Under the pieces are notes generated by a model. It did not search any database, was not told where the DNA came from, and saw only the letters and a list, made by a program, of their open reading frames with translations. A stretch of DNA of 63,418 bases, counting the filler, from Reclinomonas americana ATCC 50394 (lineage: Eukaryota), in the NCBI GenBank assembly GCA_048213135.1. It is 10 parts of 6 records of this genome, joined end to end, with 100 filler letters (N's around TTAATTAATTAA, not from the genome) between each part and the next. Parts side by side here need not be neighbours in the genome. Positions count along the whole stretch, not along the records: positions 39,339 to 53,732 come from PS015741.1; positions 53,833 to 55,676 come from PS015741.1; positions 55,777 to 59,481 come from PS015742.1; positions 59,582 to 63,418 come from PS015743.1; 6 more parts are not named here. One strand, 5' to 3'. The first letter of the stretch is position 1. Every line of letters starts with the position of its first letter. Made by a program: the position numbers and the translations under genes. Shown here one piece after another: positions 46,401-59,961 of the stretch.

Positions 46401-49400
46401 GGAGAACGCAAAGACACAGAACGGAAGTGAGAGAGGAACAGGAAGAAGAAAGAAGGAAAGGAGATGAGGAGCAACAACGAGAGAAATGAAAGGAAGAAGA
46501 GAGAGGAAAAGAAAGAAGAAGAGTCGGGCAAAGGAGGAGAAGGAGAGGGACAAGGAAGGGAAGACAGGAAGTTGCGCGAAGAACAAGAATAAGAATGAAT
46601 GAGAGAGGGAGAACGCGAAGACACAGAACGGCGGGTGAGAGAGGAACAAGAAAGAGGAACGAAGGATGGTGATAGAAGATAAGAGGGAAGAGAAGCAGAC
46701 CATTGAGAACAGACAGATGAAATAGAGGAATGGAGGAGATGGTGACGTAAGAGGTGGCTCGCGACGACACGCAACATGCGACGACGGTGTGAGGAGCGCT
46801 GCTGATGACGTGAGATCCAGTGGTCGAGCAGCTGGCGCAGTTCTCGCCGCCGACGGAGTTCCTTGAACCGCCGCTGCAGCAGAGCGAGACGAGTGTTGAC
46901 GTGCCAGTGCGCAAAGGCGGCTCGCTGCAGTGACAAACGCTGCTGGGACACCACACGGACTCTGCAGAGTGATAGTGCGTGATTATGACCACTCAGCTAT
47001 TGCGAAAAGGTGCTTTGATACAAGCACGCAACGACACGGTGCGCAGGAATGCCGCTCGCCGCCAGTGTGCCACGAATGCACCAAAGCACCGCCTGACGGC
47101 GTGCTTGTCGGCATGAGTGACAGCCAGCACAAACTTGGCACGACGATGGCGTCGTGCCTCGAGCATCTGCATCCACCGCCGAAACAGAGCCTCCACGACG
47201 AGACCGTTGCTGCACATCAAGCAAGTCAATCCCAATGACACGCAAGAAACGCACGTAACCTCAAACTCACCGTCGGTTCCGCACAGCCTTTGCCCGGCGT
47301 GCTCGCTGCAACCATGCCTTCCACACGGCAAACGTGCGACGCTGCACACCGGTCAAGTGCCACGCCACTGCACACGACGGGATAGTGAGAGCGAGTCCGC
47401 CAGGCCTCACAAATATCTCAACTGCTACGCAACATGCCCGCAGTTCCCGCCGATGCCGTCTGCGATCACACCACACATGCCAGTACCGTTGCAGCTGGTG
47501 CCTCTCGACAACCAGCGCGCGTGCACGATTGGCCTTTTGCAGTCGCCACCACTGCAGCCAGCGGGAGAAGGAGCGAAACCTGCAATCAAATGTGAGGAAA
47601 TCACGGAGCATCACACTGTTCTCTCTTTCCCCCGCGATTCGTAACTGTGCGGTGCGGCGCCACAGGCCCAGCGCTCGCCGTTTCTTGGCCTCCTGCTGCT
47701 TCTTGTGACGATGAAACTCGCGCCATTTGGCAAACGCCACGCGCACATGCGAGCGAGTCCATTGCACGAGAATGGCACGAGCGACTGCCGTGGGCTTGGA
47801 GACTCGATGCCAGTAGGCGAACAGCACCCGCTGCGTGGCAAGGTCGCGACGTCGCTGCAGTGCAACCGCTCCCGTGCGTTGGTGCGCTCGGTCGTCCACA
47901 AACCGCATCCACGAGGCCCACACTCGACGACTGCACATTTCTCGTCAGTCAAGGCGCGGGCGAGAGAAGAAACAGAAGGCAAGCACACGCAACGTCAGCG
48001 AGCCACTCCACACGGCGAGCATTTGGGCATAGCGACGGCGCCGTTGGTGACGCATCGCCGTGTACTCCAGCCACGCACGAAATGCACGCGCCTGCGTCGC
48101 GCACAACCATTGCCGCACGAACCTGCGAAGCAGACCGCACAGCTGCCATCGTGACTTCCAGCGCAGATAAAACTGTGGCCGCATGCGTGTACGAGGGGCA
48201 TGAGAAACGCAGAGATGTGGCGATAGATGGAACATCCAAGAAGTGCACCTTCTGTACAGCACTCTGCGTGGATTGACGGCCGGCGACAGCTGCGTGCAGT
48301 CGTCGCTCTTTCCGCTGCGGCAAAAACTGCTTCCAGTGCCGAAATGCTCGACCCCTGCCACCCAGCGAGACGTCAGACGGTGCAATGCATGCTGAAAAAA
48401 GTGAACTTGAAACGCAACAAGAGCCGCGCTCGCCAGTTAACAAGGGCCTTGCGCAGCTGCATCATCGCACGTCGGCGACTCTGCCAGCGGTGAAAGAAGC
48501 GCTGCTGGATGAGCCGATGGATGGAGACAGTGAGTCGCGTGGCGGTGGTGTGCGCCTGACGACGAGCGTCGATAAACTTGCACCAGCGCCTCCATGAAAC
48601 ACCTCTGCGCAGGGGGACATGAGACCAGGCAAGATGAAAAAAAAAGGCAAGGCTTGCGCAACAGTGTGCTGGACGTCCACAGCGCCAGCGCTTTGCCGGA
48701 TTTTTGCCGTTTTGCTCGGCAAGCCTCAACAAACCCACTCCATGACCTTGGTACACAAAAGAGCGGGTAGTCGGTCGGGAAGCAGAAGCACAGAGAGAGC
48801 ACGGCGCAACAAGCTTACACACCGCCAGCATTTGCTCAGACTCTGCTTGCGCCACCGTTGCACGGCAGCGCGGCACTGCTGCAACCGACGAGCGCGTGCA
48901 AACCACCACGCAAACACATGCATCCGCGTCTGCCTGTCCACGTGGTCCCGGAGCGTGGCTGCCAACTCATGGGCACGCACACGATGCTGAGTCCACGTTT
49001 TCCACGCCAGGAAGAACTTGATGCTGCAGCGAGCACAACCAGTTGATCAGTGCGGAGGGGTGAGCGCGGTCTCCAACAAGAGTCAATCACACGCACATCT
49101 TGCGCCCCATCCACACTTGCAGGTTGCGACGCCCGGCCTCATGTCTGCGTCGCGCGCGATCAATGAATCCCATCCAGCTGTTCCACGCACGTGACATGGT
49201 GCGATGCAGCGCCTTGCGCAGCAGACGGCGTGCTTGCAGCCGCCGGTTATACATGGCGCGCCAGTGTGCAAAGAACTCGCGCTGCACACTGCGCTCTTGC
49301 TGGTACTGCAAGTTGGAGACGGAAGTGTGTTCGGCGACACTGCGCTCTGTCCACTGTCGCCAGGCGGACCACACGCGACCTCTGATGATTTGGGCAAGGG

Positions 49401-52400
49401 CATATGAGAAAAAAGGGAAAGGGGAAGGGAAAAGGAGGGGAGAGAGAGGGGTTTGAGGGAAGGAGGGAAAAGGGAAGGGAGAGGGAAAGGGAAGGAAGAG
49501 GGAAAGGGAGGAGGGAGAGTGAGGAGAGGACGGCGAGGGCGGAGCAACAAGGAAATGACACTGAAAGTGAGGGAAAGGAGAAAGTGAGAGAGAGGACTTG
49601 GTGGGGAGAGAATGAGAGGCTATGAGGGAAGTTGGAAAGGGAGAAGGAAAGCGAACGAAACTAAGGAGGAGGGAGAGAGAGGCTGGACAGGAGAGAGAGT
49701 GAAGTGTATGAGGGATGTAGGAGCAAGAAAGGAGGAAAGGGAAAGAATTTAAGGAGAGAATGAAAACTTGACGGGGGAGAGGATGAGAGACTACGAGGGA
49801 AGTTGGGAGAGGGAGAAAGAAAAGGGAGAGAAGCTGAGGAGAACAGGGAGAGAGCGGCTGGACAGAGGAGAGAATGAAGGGGTAAAGATATGGAGAATGA
49901 GGAGGGCAGAAGAAAGAGATGGGGAAGTAGGACAGGGAGAGGGGAAACGAGTAGAAGAAGGAAGATAAGGGAAGTGGAGAATGAGGAGGGAAGAAGAAAG
50001 AGATGGGGAAAGAGGCAGGGAGAGGGAAAATGAGTGGGAGAAGGAAGAGAAGAGAGAGGCTGGACAGGGGAGAAAATGAAGAGGTAAAGATGTGGAGAAT
50101 GACGAGGGAAGAAGAAAGAGATGGGGAAAGAGGCAGGGAGAGGGGAAATGAGTGGGAGAAGGAAGATAAGGGAAGTGGAGAATGATGAGGGAAGAAGAAA
50201 GAGACGAGAAAGTAGGACAGGGAGAAGGAAAGCGATTAAATCTAAGGAGGAGGGAGAGGGCTTGTGGGGGGGAAAGAGGATGAAGAGCTAAGGGAAAAGG
50301 AAGAAGGAAGACGATAGTGCGGCATCATGACGAAGATGAGGAACTGGAAGAGATAAAAGAGAGGGAACGGAGGAAGCACAGTGAGAGAAGAAGAAGAACG
50401 ATGAACATGGACACGGAGCATAGCAACGCAAACAAGAAGGAAGAAGAACAAGAAGAGCAGAAACAGGAAGAAGAACACAGACAGCACCTGGTTGTGGAGG
50501 ACCACAGCAGCATGGCTCGCGTATGGTGATCACGACGCTGAAGCCGCCGTGCGACATACTGGCGCCACGAACGCCACGCACTTGCCAGGAGGCTATTGCG
50601 CCACTCGCGCAGTGCCTGCCGAGCATGCAAGCGCACTCTCCAGTACTGAAACATGCGTGCCATGTACGCCTTGCGCACACGGCCAACAGCAGCTGTCACG
50701 GATTTCCACCGCTTCTCGCGCTCGAAGAAACGACGCCACGAGAGGAAGCAACGCGCCCTGCATGACGCAGTCATCAGAAGAGTAGTTCTACAGGTGGTCG
50801 TCTTGAGATGTTACGTACATGGCGCGACCGCTCCAGTGCACCAGGGCGATCTTGGCCTTGTGACGAACACTCCTCTACACCGGCGAGTGCACGTGAAAAG
50901 TGATGGCGCTATAACAAGAGCACGGAAAGCATCTCACCTTGTGATTCAGCCGACCACGCCACACAGCCACTGCATCTCGCAACTGGCGCTTGTGTTCCAG
51001 GTGGGCAACGCTCTCCGCCGTGCGATTCACTCGGCGGCGTCGACTCGCGAATAGCCGCCATGAGTTCCAGGCCTGTGGGCAGAAGTGAGCAAAGGGTGGG
51101 AAAGGAGGAGGAGGAAGAGAAGAAGGAGACACGGAGGACAACAGCAAACACAAGAAGGAAAGATGAAAGCCAGATGAATTAGAAAACAGGACAAGTGTGA
51201 GAAGGTGATAGATGAAGGAAAATAAAGATTAAGAAAAGAAGAAGAAAAAGATGAAGGCAAGAACGGAAGAGGAGGAGATGACAGATGAAGAGGGAAAATG
51301 AAGAATAAGACGACCAACAACATGGTGAAGAAAAAGGAACAACAACATGGCCATGATGCAGACAAGATACACAGGAACGAGGAAGAAGAGAAGGAAGAGG
51401 AGGAGGGACGGATGAAGGGGAAATAATGATGCAGAAACAAGAAGGAAAAGATAAACAAGAAGCAAAAGAACAAGGAAGAAGAGAAGGAAGAGGAGGAGGT
51501 GATAGACTAAGAAAACAGAATAATAACTTGGAGAGGATGACGCCAAGAAGCAGAAGAAAATGGAACAACAACAAGGATGTGATGCAGACAAGATGCACAA
51601 GAGGAGGGAGAGGAGATGAAAATATGGAGAACAACACGAGAACCATGTCAAGAGGTGAAGAACAAGAAGAATAAGGATGAGGAGGAAGAAGAAGATGCTT
51701 GTCACGGGCAGTCCTGCCTGTTGCCTTCTTCTCCTTCTGCTTATCGGTCATCATCGTTCTCTTCTCCTCTCCCTTCTCCTCCTTGATTGCACCCACTCCG
51801 CACCTTGAGTAGTAATCGTTGCTGGTGGTTGCCAAACATGGCGCGCACACGCCGACGCACGCGCAGTCGTGCCCGCCATTGCCGCAGTGTCTTCCGCACC
51901 AGACTCTTCCCGGCCGTCCGAGCGCACACAGCAGAGTGTTGTACCTCTGTCGCAGTACAGGCTATTGAGACACGGGCAGGTCGTGAACAGTGAGTAACAC
52001 AAGCGTGGACTCACCAGCAAGTCGGCGAGCAGTGAACTCCTTCATGGCCAAGAAGCATCGATGAAGCGTGTCGTGTCTGCTGGCAAGTGAGACGGCAGCA
52101 CACACGCAGCTTAACAGTGAATGTCGTCCACAAACCTCCACAGCACAAGAATCCGACGCTGCAACTCAACACGGTACTCTGCACGAAGCAGCCGTGCATG
52201 CCACACTCCGAATGACCAGCGCAGCAAACTGTATGATGACAGAGATCGGTGAGGCAAGAGGCACACAACATCCAGAGTCGGAGTGCCTCCCTATACTCAC
52301 CGACGGGCACCATAACTGCGCACCAGCAGCTTTTCCTCGCGGTACCGTCGATGTAAGGCCAGCCATGAGCGCCACGCCCGCGCCGTGGTGTTGTGGCGCA

Positions 52401-53554
52401 TGGACAGGAGTACCCGTTGGCGGAGCTGCAAATCCAGTCAGACATTGTTAATTCATCAGCGATAGGCACAACTGTGTCGTACCTTGCGCCGTCGAACGAG
52501 CCGCTTCCAGGCCATGAAGTACTTGAGAGCGTACAGGTCGTAGCGCACGGGAACCAATGTCGATGCAGCCACGGGAGACAAGGCATCTTCGTGTCCGTGC
52601 TGCTGAATGATCTACAACAACGCAGAAGTGGGCGCGTGCATGTGCGCTGATAAAAGGGGGAAAGAGGGCACGCACCCTCCTTCTGTGTCGCTCACGAAAG
52701 GCCCGCGGCATGCGCTTCCACCATCGAGCGTAGAAGCGTCGGAGGGTCATTTCATGTCGCCACTTGTCACGGAAGTGACGCACGGCTGGCGATTCCTCAA
52801 ACTCGCGCGCGTACCAGTGACGAATGGCAAACCGGAGACGAGCATGATCGATGCACTGGCGGACGCGCTGAGCAAATGCCTTTTCACGCAGTTTCCACGC
52901 ACTACGTCCGTAACCAAAGAGTGAGATAACAAATCATTGCGCAGTGCGTGCTTGCACACATCGCGCAACGTTCGCTCACGCCACACGCGAAACAGCCGAG
53001 CACGCGCACTGACGCTCATCATGGTGCGCACCAGGCCGCTGGTGTCGCGGCCCTCCGCCTGTCGGTGGCACCATGCTCGCCAGCGTTGGAAGATCCACCT
53101 TGGATGAGATGTGAGGAAAGGGGACAGAGGGGAAAGGGAAGCAGGATGGTGGCAATGGCGAAGAGAAGGGGAGACGCTGAACGGTGAGAAGGCATGGGGA
53201 GAGGGAGAGGGAGAGGGAGAGAGAGGGAGAGGGAGAGAAAGAGAAGAGAAGAGGGAGAGCATGAACAACAAAGAAGTGGCGGAATAAGAAGCAAGTCCAA
53301 AGTGACAGAGAGAAAGACGGTGAGGAGAGGGACATTGTAAGCGACTGAGAGAAACAGGGAGAAGAGAACGGGACGATTGAAAGGGGGACAGGGCGACAGG
53401 GAGAAGGTCGTGGATGTGAGGGGAAGGAACACGGGCGAGGAGTAAGAGGAGACGCGACATGGCGAGGGACACGAGTAACAGAAAATCTGGAGTGTTTGAG
53501 AAGGAGCATCTTGTTGACATTGCAAGAGATTAAGAGAGAGAGAGAGAGAGAGAC

Positions 53555-53593
<39 letters not shown>

Positions 53594-56257
53594 GGGAGGA
53601 AGAAACGAAACGAACGAACGAACGAAGGGAAGGGGAGAGGAGAGACAAGTACAACAGCGTAGGTAAGGAGTAGGATAGTTAGTAAGAGACTAGAGAGAGA
53701 GAGTGTGTGTGTGAGAGAGAGAGAGAGAGACANNNNNNNNNNNNNNNNNNNNNNNNNNNNNNNNNNNNNNNNNNNNTTAATTAATTAANNNNNNNNNNNN
53801 NNNNNNNNNNNNNNNNNNNNNNNNNNNNNNNNGGAGAAACGAAAACACGAACGACAAGGAAGGGGGAGAGTGAGAAGCAAGTCAACAGCTGTAAGGGATA
53901 GGGATATTGTAAGAGACTGAGAGAGAGAGTGTGTGTGTGAGAGAGAGAGAGAGAGACAGAATACGGGACGAGAAGCAAGGAAACGACAAGACAATTGTGA
54001 GTAGTTGAGAAAGATATCGAAGGAGAATGTCACAGTGAGAGAAGAGTGGGCACTGTGACAACTGCGGAGAGGATGGAAAACGAAAGAAAGCGAGTGGACA
54101 GGAGAAGAGAAAGCACGCAGGACACAACACACGAACAGAGGAGTGAATCAAGCAAGAGATGCACTCCGAAACGCACTTTTGTCGCAGCAATAAAACGCCA
54201 CGCACGCGTAACCGTCGCATGCAACACTGCGCATTTCATCAGCTTCAGCGGACAGTCCCCGAACAGCACAGCAAGGACGGCGCACAACTGAACCTCGCGA
54301 AACCGCTGCACCCAGTGCGCAAAGAGCTCCCGTTGCGAGCGCTTGTCCTGACGAGCCAAGATCGGTTGCACAAGACGACGCTCACACTCGCGCAGCTGTC
54401 GGTACAGCTTCAGACCCTGGGAAACAGAAGCAGCAAGCATTTAGACTTCTCCTCCATTCACATCACCGCAGACAAAGGCAGACCTTGATAAAGCGCCCCG
54501 CCAGACGTGCACGAATGCGGCAGCGAACGAGTTCCTGGAAGTACTCCTCTTCGAAGCGCCATCGCTGAAAGCACTTGCGCACAATGCGCCGTGTCCAGTG
54601 ACGCACCGCGCGCAGCCAGTTGTCCGTCATCAGGCGGCGAGAGTGTGAGCGACGAGTGACCCTGCAGCGGCACTCTCAGCAGCGTGCGATACGGAACAGA
54701 GTGGACATTTACACACACTCACACACCTTCTCCAGTCGCGAAACACCCGCTGCTGCAACACATAGGCCGCAAAACCACGCAGTCGCTCCTCACCGCTGTC
54801 CGCTTTCCCAGAACCCTCGCCAACAGATCCTCGTGACGTGCGTCGCAAAATTGAAGGCGACGGTGGTGGTGACGTGCGCTCCACCAACTGGCGAGCTTGC
54901 ACCGACGGTGGCGGCAGCAGATCAAACGGCGACGACGACGACGACAGTGACGCCACAGACGACGATCGCAGTGGTGGCGAGAACACTGCCGAGTCTCTGC
55001 TGTTGACAGACTGCGCTGCCGCTGAAGGGGATCGTGCCTGCTGCTGCTTCTTCTTCTTCTCCTCCACTTCCACCACTTGCTGCGCATCCGTGGTTGCCAC
55101 AAAGTCGAGACGACGTGCGGCGGCATCGCGCTGCGACCGGCGTGCATCCGGCGGCGACGGCTGCAACACCATCGAATCCTCGGCCGNNNNNNNNNNNNNN
55201 NNNNNNNNNNNNNNNNNNNNNNNNNNNNNNNNNNNNNNNNNNNNNNNNNNNNNNNNNNNNNNNNNNNNNNNNNNNNNNNNNNNNNNNNNNNNNNNNNNNN
55301 NNNNNNNNNNNNNNNNNNNNNNNNNNNNNNNNNNNNNNNNNNNNNNNNNNNNNNNNNNNNNNNCCCCCTTCCCCTTATCCGCCTTTCCCCTTATCCTCCT
55401 CCTTCTCCCCCCTTACAGCCTCCCTCGCCCCACCCTTCCCGGACTCCCCACCCCCCTCCTCCACCACACCAATTCACGCCTTTGGCCGCATTCCACCCCG
55501 CGACCTCAGTCTGTGGATGCTGGAGGAGGACTTTGCGGCGTTTGACGAGCGACTGTCGCGCATGGTGGTTCATCGGGAGGGCATTGTGACCCCCAACTCG
55601 GCCGCCAAGGCCGCCCGCGAGGCAGCGGCGGCGGCGGCGGCGGCGGCTCGGCACGCAACGGAGGTGTCGGATGTGTNNNNNNNNNNNNNNNNNNNNNNNN
55701 NNNNNNNNNNNNNNNNNNNNTTAATTAATTAANNNNNNNNNNNNNNNNNNNNNNNNNNNNNNNNNNNNNNNNNNNNTAGAGGGGTAGGGGTGAGAATGCA
55801 ACTGAACTGAAAGAGATAAAAGAAGCAAGGGATGAGAAAGAGAGAGAGAGCAGAGCGTCAGAGTGAATAACGACCAGTGACGAGAGGTTTAGAGACAGCG
55901 AGAGGTACGGGAGGCCGGGATTGAGGAAGGGGGATGAGGAGCCAGGGAAGAATGAAGAGTGAACAGTGCGTCAGGGTACTTGACTACTGCACGGACACGA
56001 TGGGACTGGAAGCAAGGAGGGTGATGAGAGGAAAGTGAGAGAAGCTGGAGGAGAAGACTGACGGTTGGAAAGTGAGAGTGAGAAGGCGATGATCTTGGAA
56101 GAAGGAAAAGGGAACAGAATGTGTTGTTTTCTCTACCTGGTGAAGTTCGTCTCGCAGCTTGTACTTCGCATGGAAACGGTTTCTCTGTCTGTCTCTGCCG
56201 CTCTCGCCTAAGTCTGCTTGTCTGTGTGTTTTATGTCGTGTGCCGCTCTTGTTCCTT

Positions 56258-56305
<48 letters not shown>

Positions 56306-58980
56306 GGTTTGGGGGGGGGGGGNNNNNNNNNNNNNNNNNNNNNNNNNNNNNNNNNNNNNNNNNNNNNNNNNNNNNNNNNNNNNNNNNNNNNNNNNNNNNN
56401 NNNNNNNNNNNNNNNNNNNNNNNNNNNNNNNNNNNNNNNNNNNNNNNNNNNNNNNNNNNNNNNNNNNNNNNNNNNNNNNNNNNNNNNNNNNNNNNNNNNN
56501 NNNNNNNNNNNNNNNNNNNNNNNNNNNNNNNNNNNNNNNNNNNNNNNNNNNNNNNNNNNNNNNNNNNNNNNNNNNNNNNNNNNNNNNNNNNNNNNNNNNN
56601 NNNNNNNNNNNNNNNNNNNNNNNNNNNNNNNNNNNNNNNNNNNNNNNNNNNNNNNNNNNNNNNNNNNNNNNNNNNNNNNNNNNNNNNNNNNNNNNNNNNN
56701 NNNNNNNNNNNNNNNNNNNNNNNNNNNNNNNNNNNNNNNNNNNNNNNNNNNNNNNNNNNNNNNNNNNNNNNNNNNNNNNNNNNNNNNNNNNNNNNNNNNN
56801 NNNNNNNNNNNNNNNNNNNNNNNNNNNNNNNNNNNNNNNNNNNNNNNNNNNNNNNNNNNNNNNNNNNNNNNNNNNNNNNNNNNNNNNNNNNNNNNNNNNN
56901 NNNNNNNCAATCGTTTTTCTCTCTCTCTCTGTGAATCGCGTCAGCGGTCTTCGAGGTGATTTATGACTACTGACTGAAGGCGATGAGAGGAAAGAAAGAG
57001 AAGCTGGGGAGGAAGCTGACGGCTTGGAAAGTGAGAGTGAGAAAGGCGATAATCATGGAAGAAGGAAGAGGGAATAGTGCGTCAGGGGTCTACGAGGTGG
57101 TTTGTGACTACTGACGGAAGGTGATGAGAGGAAAGGAAGAGAAGCTGGTGGAGAAGACTGATGGTTGGAAAGTGAGAGTGAGAAGGCGATGATGTTGGAA
57201 CAGGAGAGTAAGGAGTGAGTAGGGATGTTGGAAGAAGTCAGAAAAGAGGAGAGAGAGAAGCCACAGATATATGAAGCAGAGCGTCAGAGGTCATGGAGAT
57301 GCACGGATGAGAGTGAGGGTCATGGAAGGCTGGAGACGAGAATGAGATATTGCGAGAAGCGTTGACGAGTTCCGAGAAGCTATTCTTCTCTCTCCCTCTC
57401 CCTCCCCTCACCATCCACATTCCGTGCGGTAATCCACGCATGTCGCACCGGCTGCAACGCCTGTCTCCGTCGCCATGTCACCACCCACCGATGAAACGAG
57501 CGCAGCTGCGTGCGAAACACGCGAAAGTGGTGCGCGATCCGGTTGCGGTTCTCACGTAGACGCAGGCGCACAAAGCTCGTCACCCAGTCGCCGCCGATCG
57601 ACATGTCGCGTTCCACGTGGTGCGAGAGCTTTAGAATCAGGCGGTATAGGCGGGTGTCGCTCTGGAGGGGGGAAATAGGGAAAGTGGGGAGAAAAGAGAT
57701 AGAGGAGGGAGAGCGAGGAGGCAGAGAGTGAGCATATGTGGCAACAGTTCACTGTCCCTGCTTGCGTCTGTGGTGCTTTTCGCTTGCTTTCTGTTGCATG
57801 TTCGCGTGTGTGCTCGTGTGTGTGTGTGTGAGAGAGAGAGAGAGACAGATCACAGATCTTGATGCGAGCGATGAGCAGCAATAATCCGTATCAATGCTGC
57901 TCCCCTCCATCATCGTTGCATGACAGAGAGAGAGAGAGAGAGACAGAGAGCAGAGTTCAAGACCCTGTCTCTGAATGCAAGAACTGTGTGAGAGCTGCGC
58001 TTCGATCGCCTTCTGCTGCATGAATGTAAGAGGGAGGAAGAGAGAGAGAGAGAGAGAGAGAGAGTGCAGAGATCAGGACCCTGTCCCTGATTGCCAGAAC
58101 AGTGTGAGACCTGCGCTTCGATCGCCTTCTGCTGCATGAATGTAAAAGGGAGGGGGAGAGAGAGAGAGAAAGAGATGCCCCTGATTGCACGATCTGCGTC
58201 TGCGCTGCCATTCGCTCGCCCTCCTATTNNNNNNNNNNNNNNNNNNNNNNNNNNNNNNNNNNNNNNNNNNNNNNNNNNNNNNNNNNNNNNNNNNNNNNNN
58301 NNNNNNNNNNNNNNNNNNNNNNNNNNNNNNNNNNNNNNNNNNNNNNNNNNNNNNNNNNNNNNNNNNNNNNNNNNNNNNNNNNNNNNNNNNNNNNNNNNNN
58401 NNNNNNNNNNNNNNNNNNNNNNNNNNNNNNNNNNNNNNNNNNNNNNNNNNNNNNNNNNNNNNNNNNNNNNNNNNNNNNNNNNNNNNNNNNNNNNNNNNNN
58501 NNNNNNNNNNNNNNNNNTGCGGTGTGTGTGTCATGCATGCATCATAACAGTACCTCCACTGGCTGCCCACGCTGCGCCAAGACCTCCTCATACGCGCGAA
58601 ACACATGCACCACTGTAACAAGCGGCGCCTTGAACAGTCCACTGTTGGAGGAGCCGCGACGACGAATCCCACTACTCGCAGTCGTCGGTGTCGATAAAGA
58701 CGTTGTCGCGAGCTGCAATGCACGCTGCAGTATGTCTTCCACTACATTCAGCTCCTCCGTCGAGTATGGTGTAGTGGGCGCGGGGATTGCGCGGTACGAG
58801 GCCAGTGGCACGTCTGCACATCAGAGAGAGAGTGTGAGTATGGATTTTTCGCGCGCTTTGTTGCTTGTCGGTGATTGACTGACCACCGTGAAAGAGTCGT
58901 GAGCGGAGTGCAGTGGGCGTGGTTGCTGTGGGCGGCTGCTTGCGCTCGACTTGTGCGGCAAGCAGCGCCAGTGCGTCCAT
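43409..58980 (-). CDS. SFI1: Sfi1-like centrin-binding scaffold protein (many exons, spans gaps)
   Basis: Dozens of Arg-rich repeats with a conserved Trp (for example LRRAFREWR, LRTCLSHWH, LSKCWR). The N-terminal block VFRAYEEVLAQRG...DTRLYRLILKL...DWVTSF resembles the Sfi1 N-terminus. Exact exon chain not resolved. Confidence 0.78.
55365..55676 (+). other. Coding-like fragment on the strand opposite Sfi1, between two gaps; probably a mis-oriented contig piece
   Basis: A pyrimidine tract and AG precede an open frame ...LWMLEEDFAAFDERLSRMVVHREGIVTPNSAAKAAREAAA...; flanked by N gaps on both sides. Confidence 0.5.
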
Positions 58981-59230
58981 CGTGGAGGATAAGAGTGCGG
59001 GCAATTGATTGTCCTGCGACGTTTTGCGTGCTGGGTGTGATTGGTCAGTCGTCTGCAGCGCGCACTGCTGCTACAGTGGTAAGTAAATAGCAAGGCTGCA
59101 CGTTGCGTGGTTGACCAGCCTCGCAGCGTCCTGTTTGCCGGTCAGTAAACAATTTCGTTTGCGAATTCATTCCGCGACTTTCGATACCGTGACGAATGCA
59201 CAAGTCCTCGGCACAGGGCGGTTGGATATA

Positions 59231-59961
59231 CAGCTGCAAATGGACCTGACACGTCATAACATATGTCAAGGGATGTCCCACTAACATCACTCTGACATGA
59301 CCCCCTTGACATGCTCTTCTTGCAGTTAGTAACTGTACCGCGAGTACTCCGGAGTGCTCAGAACATGTCGTTCCAGTGCAGTGACACGTCATCTCCTCGC
59401 GGCTGACATGTGTTGACATCCGATTCGCGAGCCAAACACCCCACGCGCAGCACAGCAGCCGCTTGCTTCTGCGCACATCCANNNNNNNNNNNNNNNNNNN
59501 NNNNNNNNNNNNNNNNNNNNNNNNNTTAATTAATTAANNNNNNNNNNNNNNNNNNNNNNNNNNNNNNNNNNNNNNNNNNNNTGTTTCTTGACCTTAGACC
59601 ACGCAAAGATGGTCGACATCGACATGACAGAGAGAGAGAGAGCGCGCGCTCTTTTGTGCAATGAGGAATGGTCGCGTGACACTCAGACCGACACAGGAGG
59701 TCATGGGCACCCACTACCACCACTCTGTGACGCTTATGCACTCACTTGCGTGACATGGTTGATGTGCACCTTCTCGTCACATACACTGAAAAGCCCTTCT
59801 CCTGCTCCTTGGGTGCTCGCGGCTTCGGAGACCACCATTCCATGGAGTTGACTGGCATGTGCTAACAGGTGCCGGACGATGTCAACCAGCAGCGAGCATG
59901 CAGGTCAAGATCGTTAACATCGCTAACATATGTTATGACGTGTCACCGCCATTTCCAGTTG
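59231..59961. mobile_element. Non-autonomous DNA transposon (MITE-like) with degenerate TIRs and TA target-site duplication
   Basis: TA|CAGCTGCAAATGGACCTGACACGTCATAACATATGTCA ... TAACATATGTTATGACGTGTCACCGCCATTTCCAGTTG|TA: a 32/38 inverted match with TA on both sides and many internal TGACA/TAACAT motifs. No transposase ORF seen. Confidence 0.65.
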
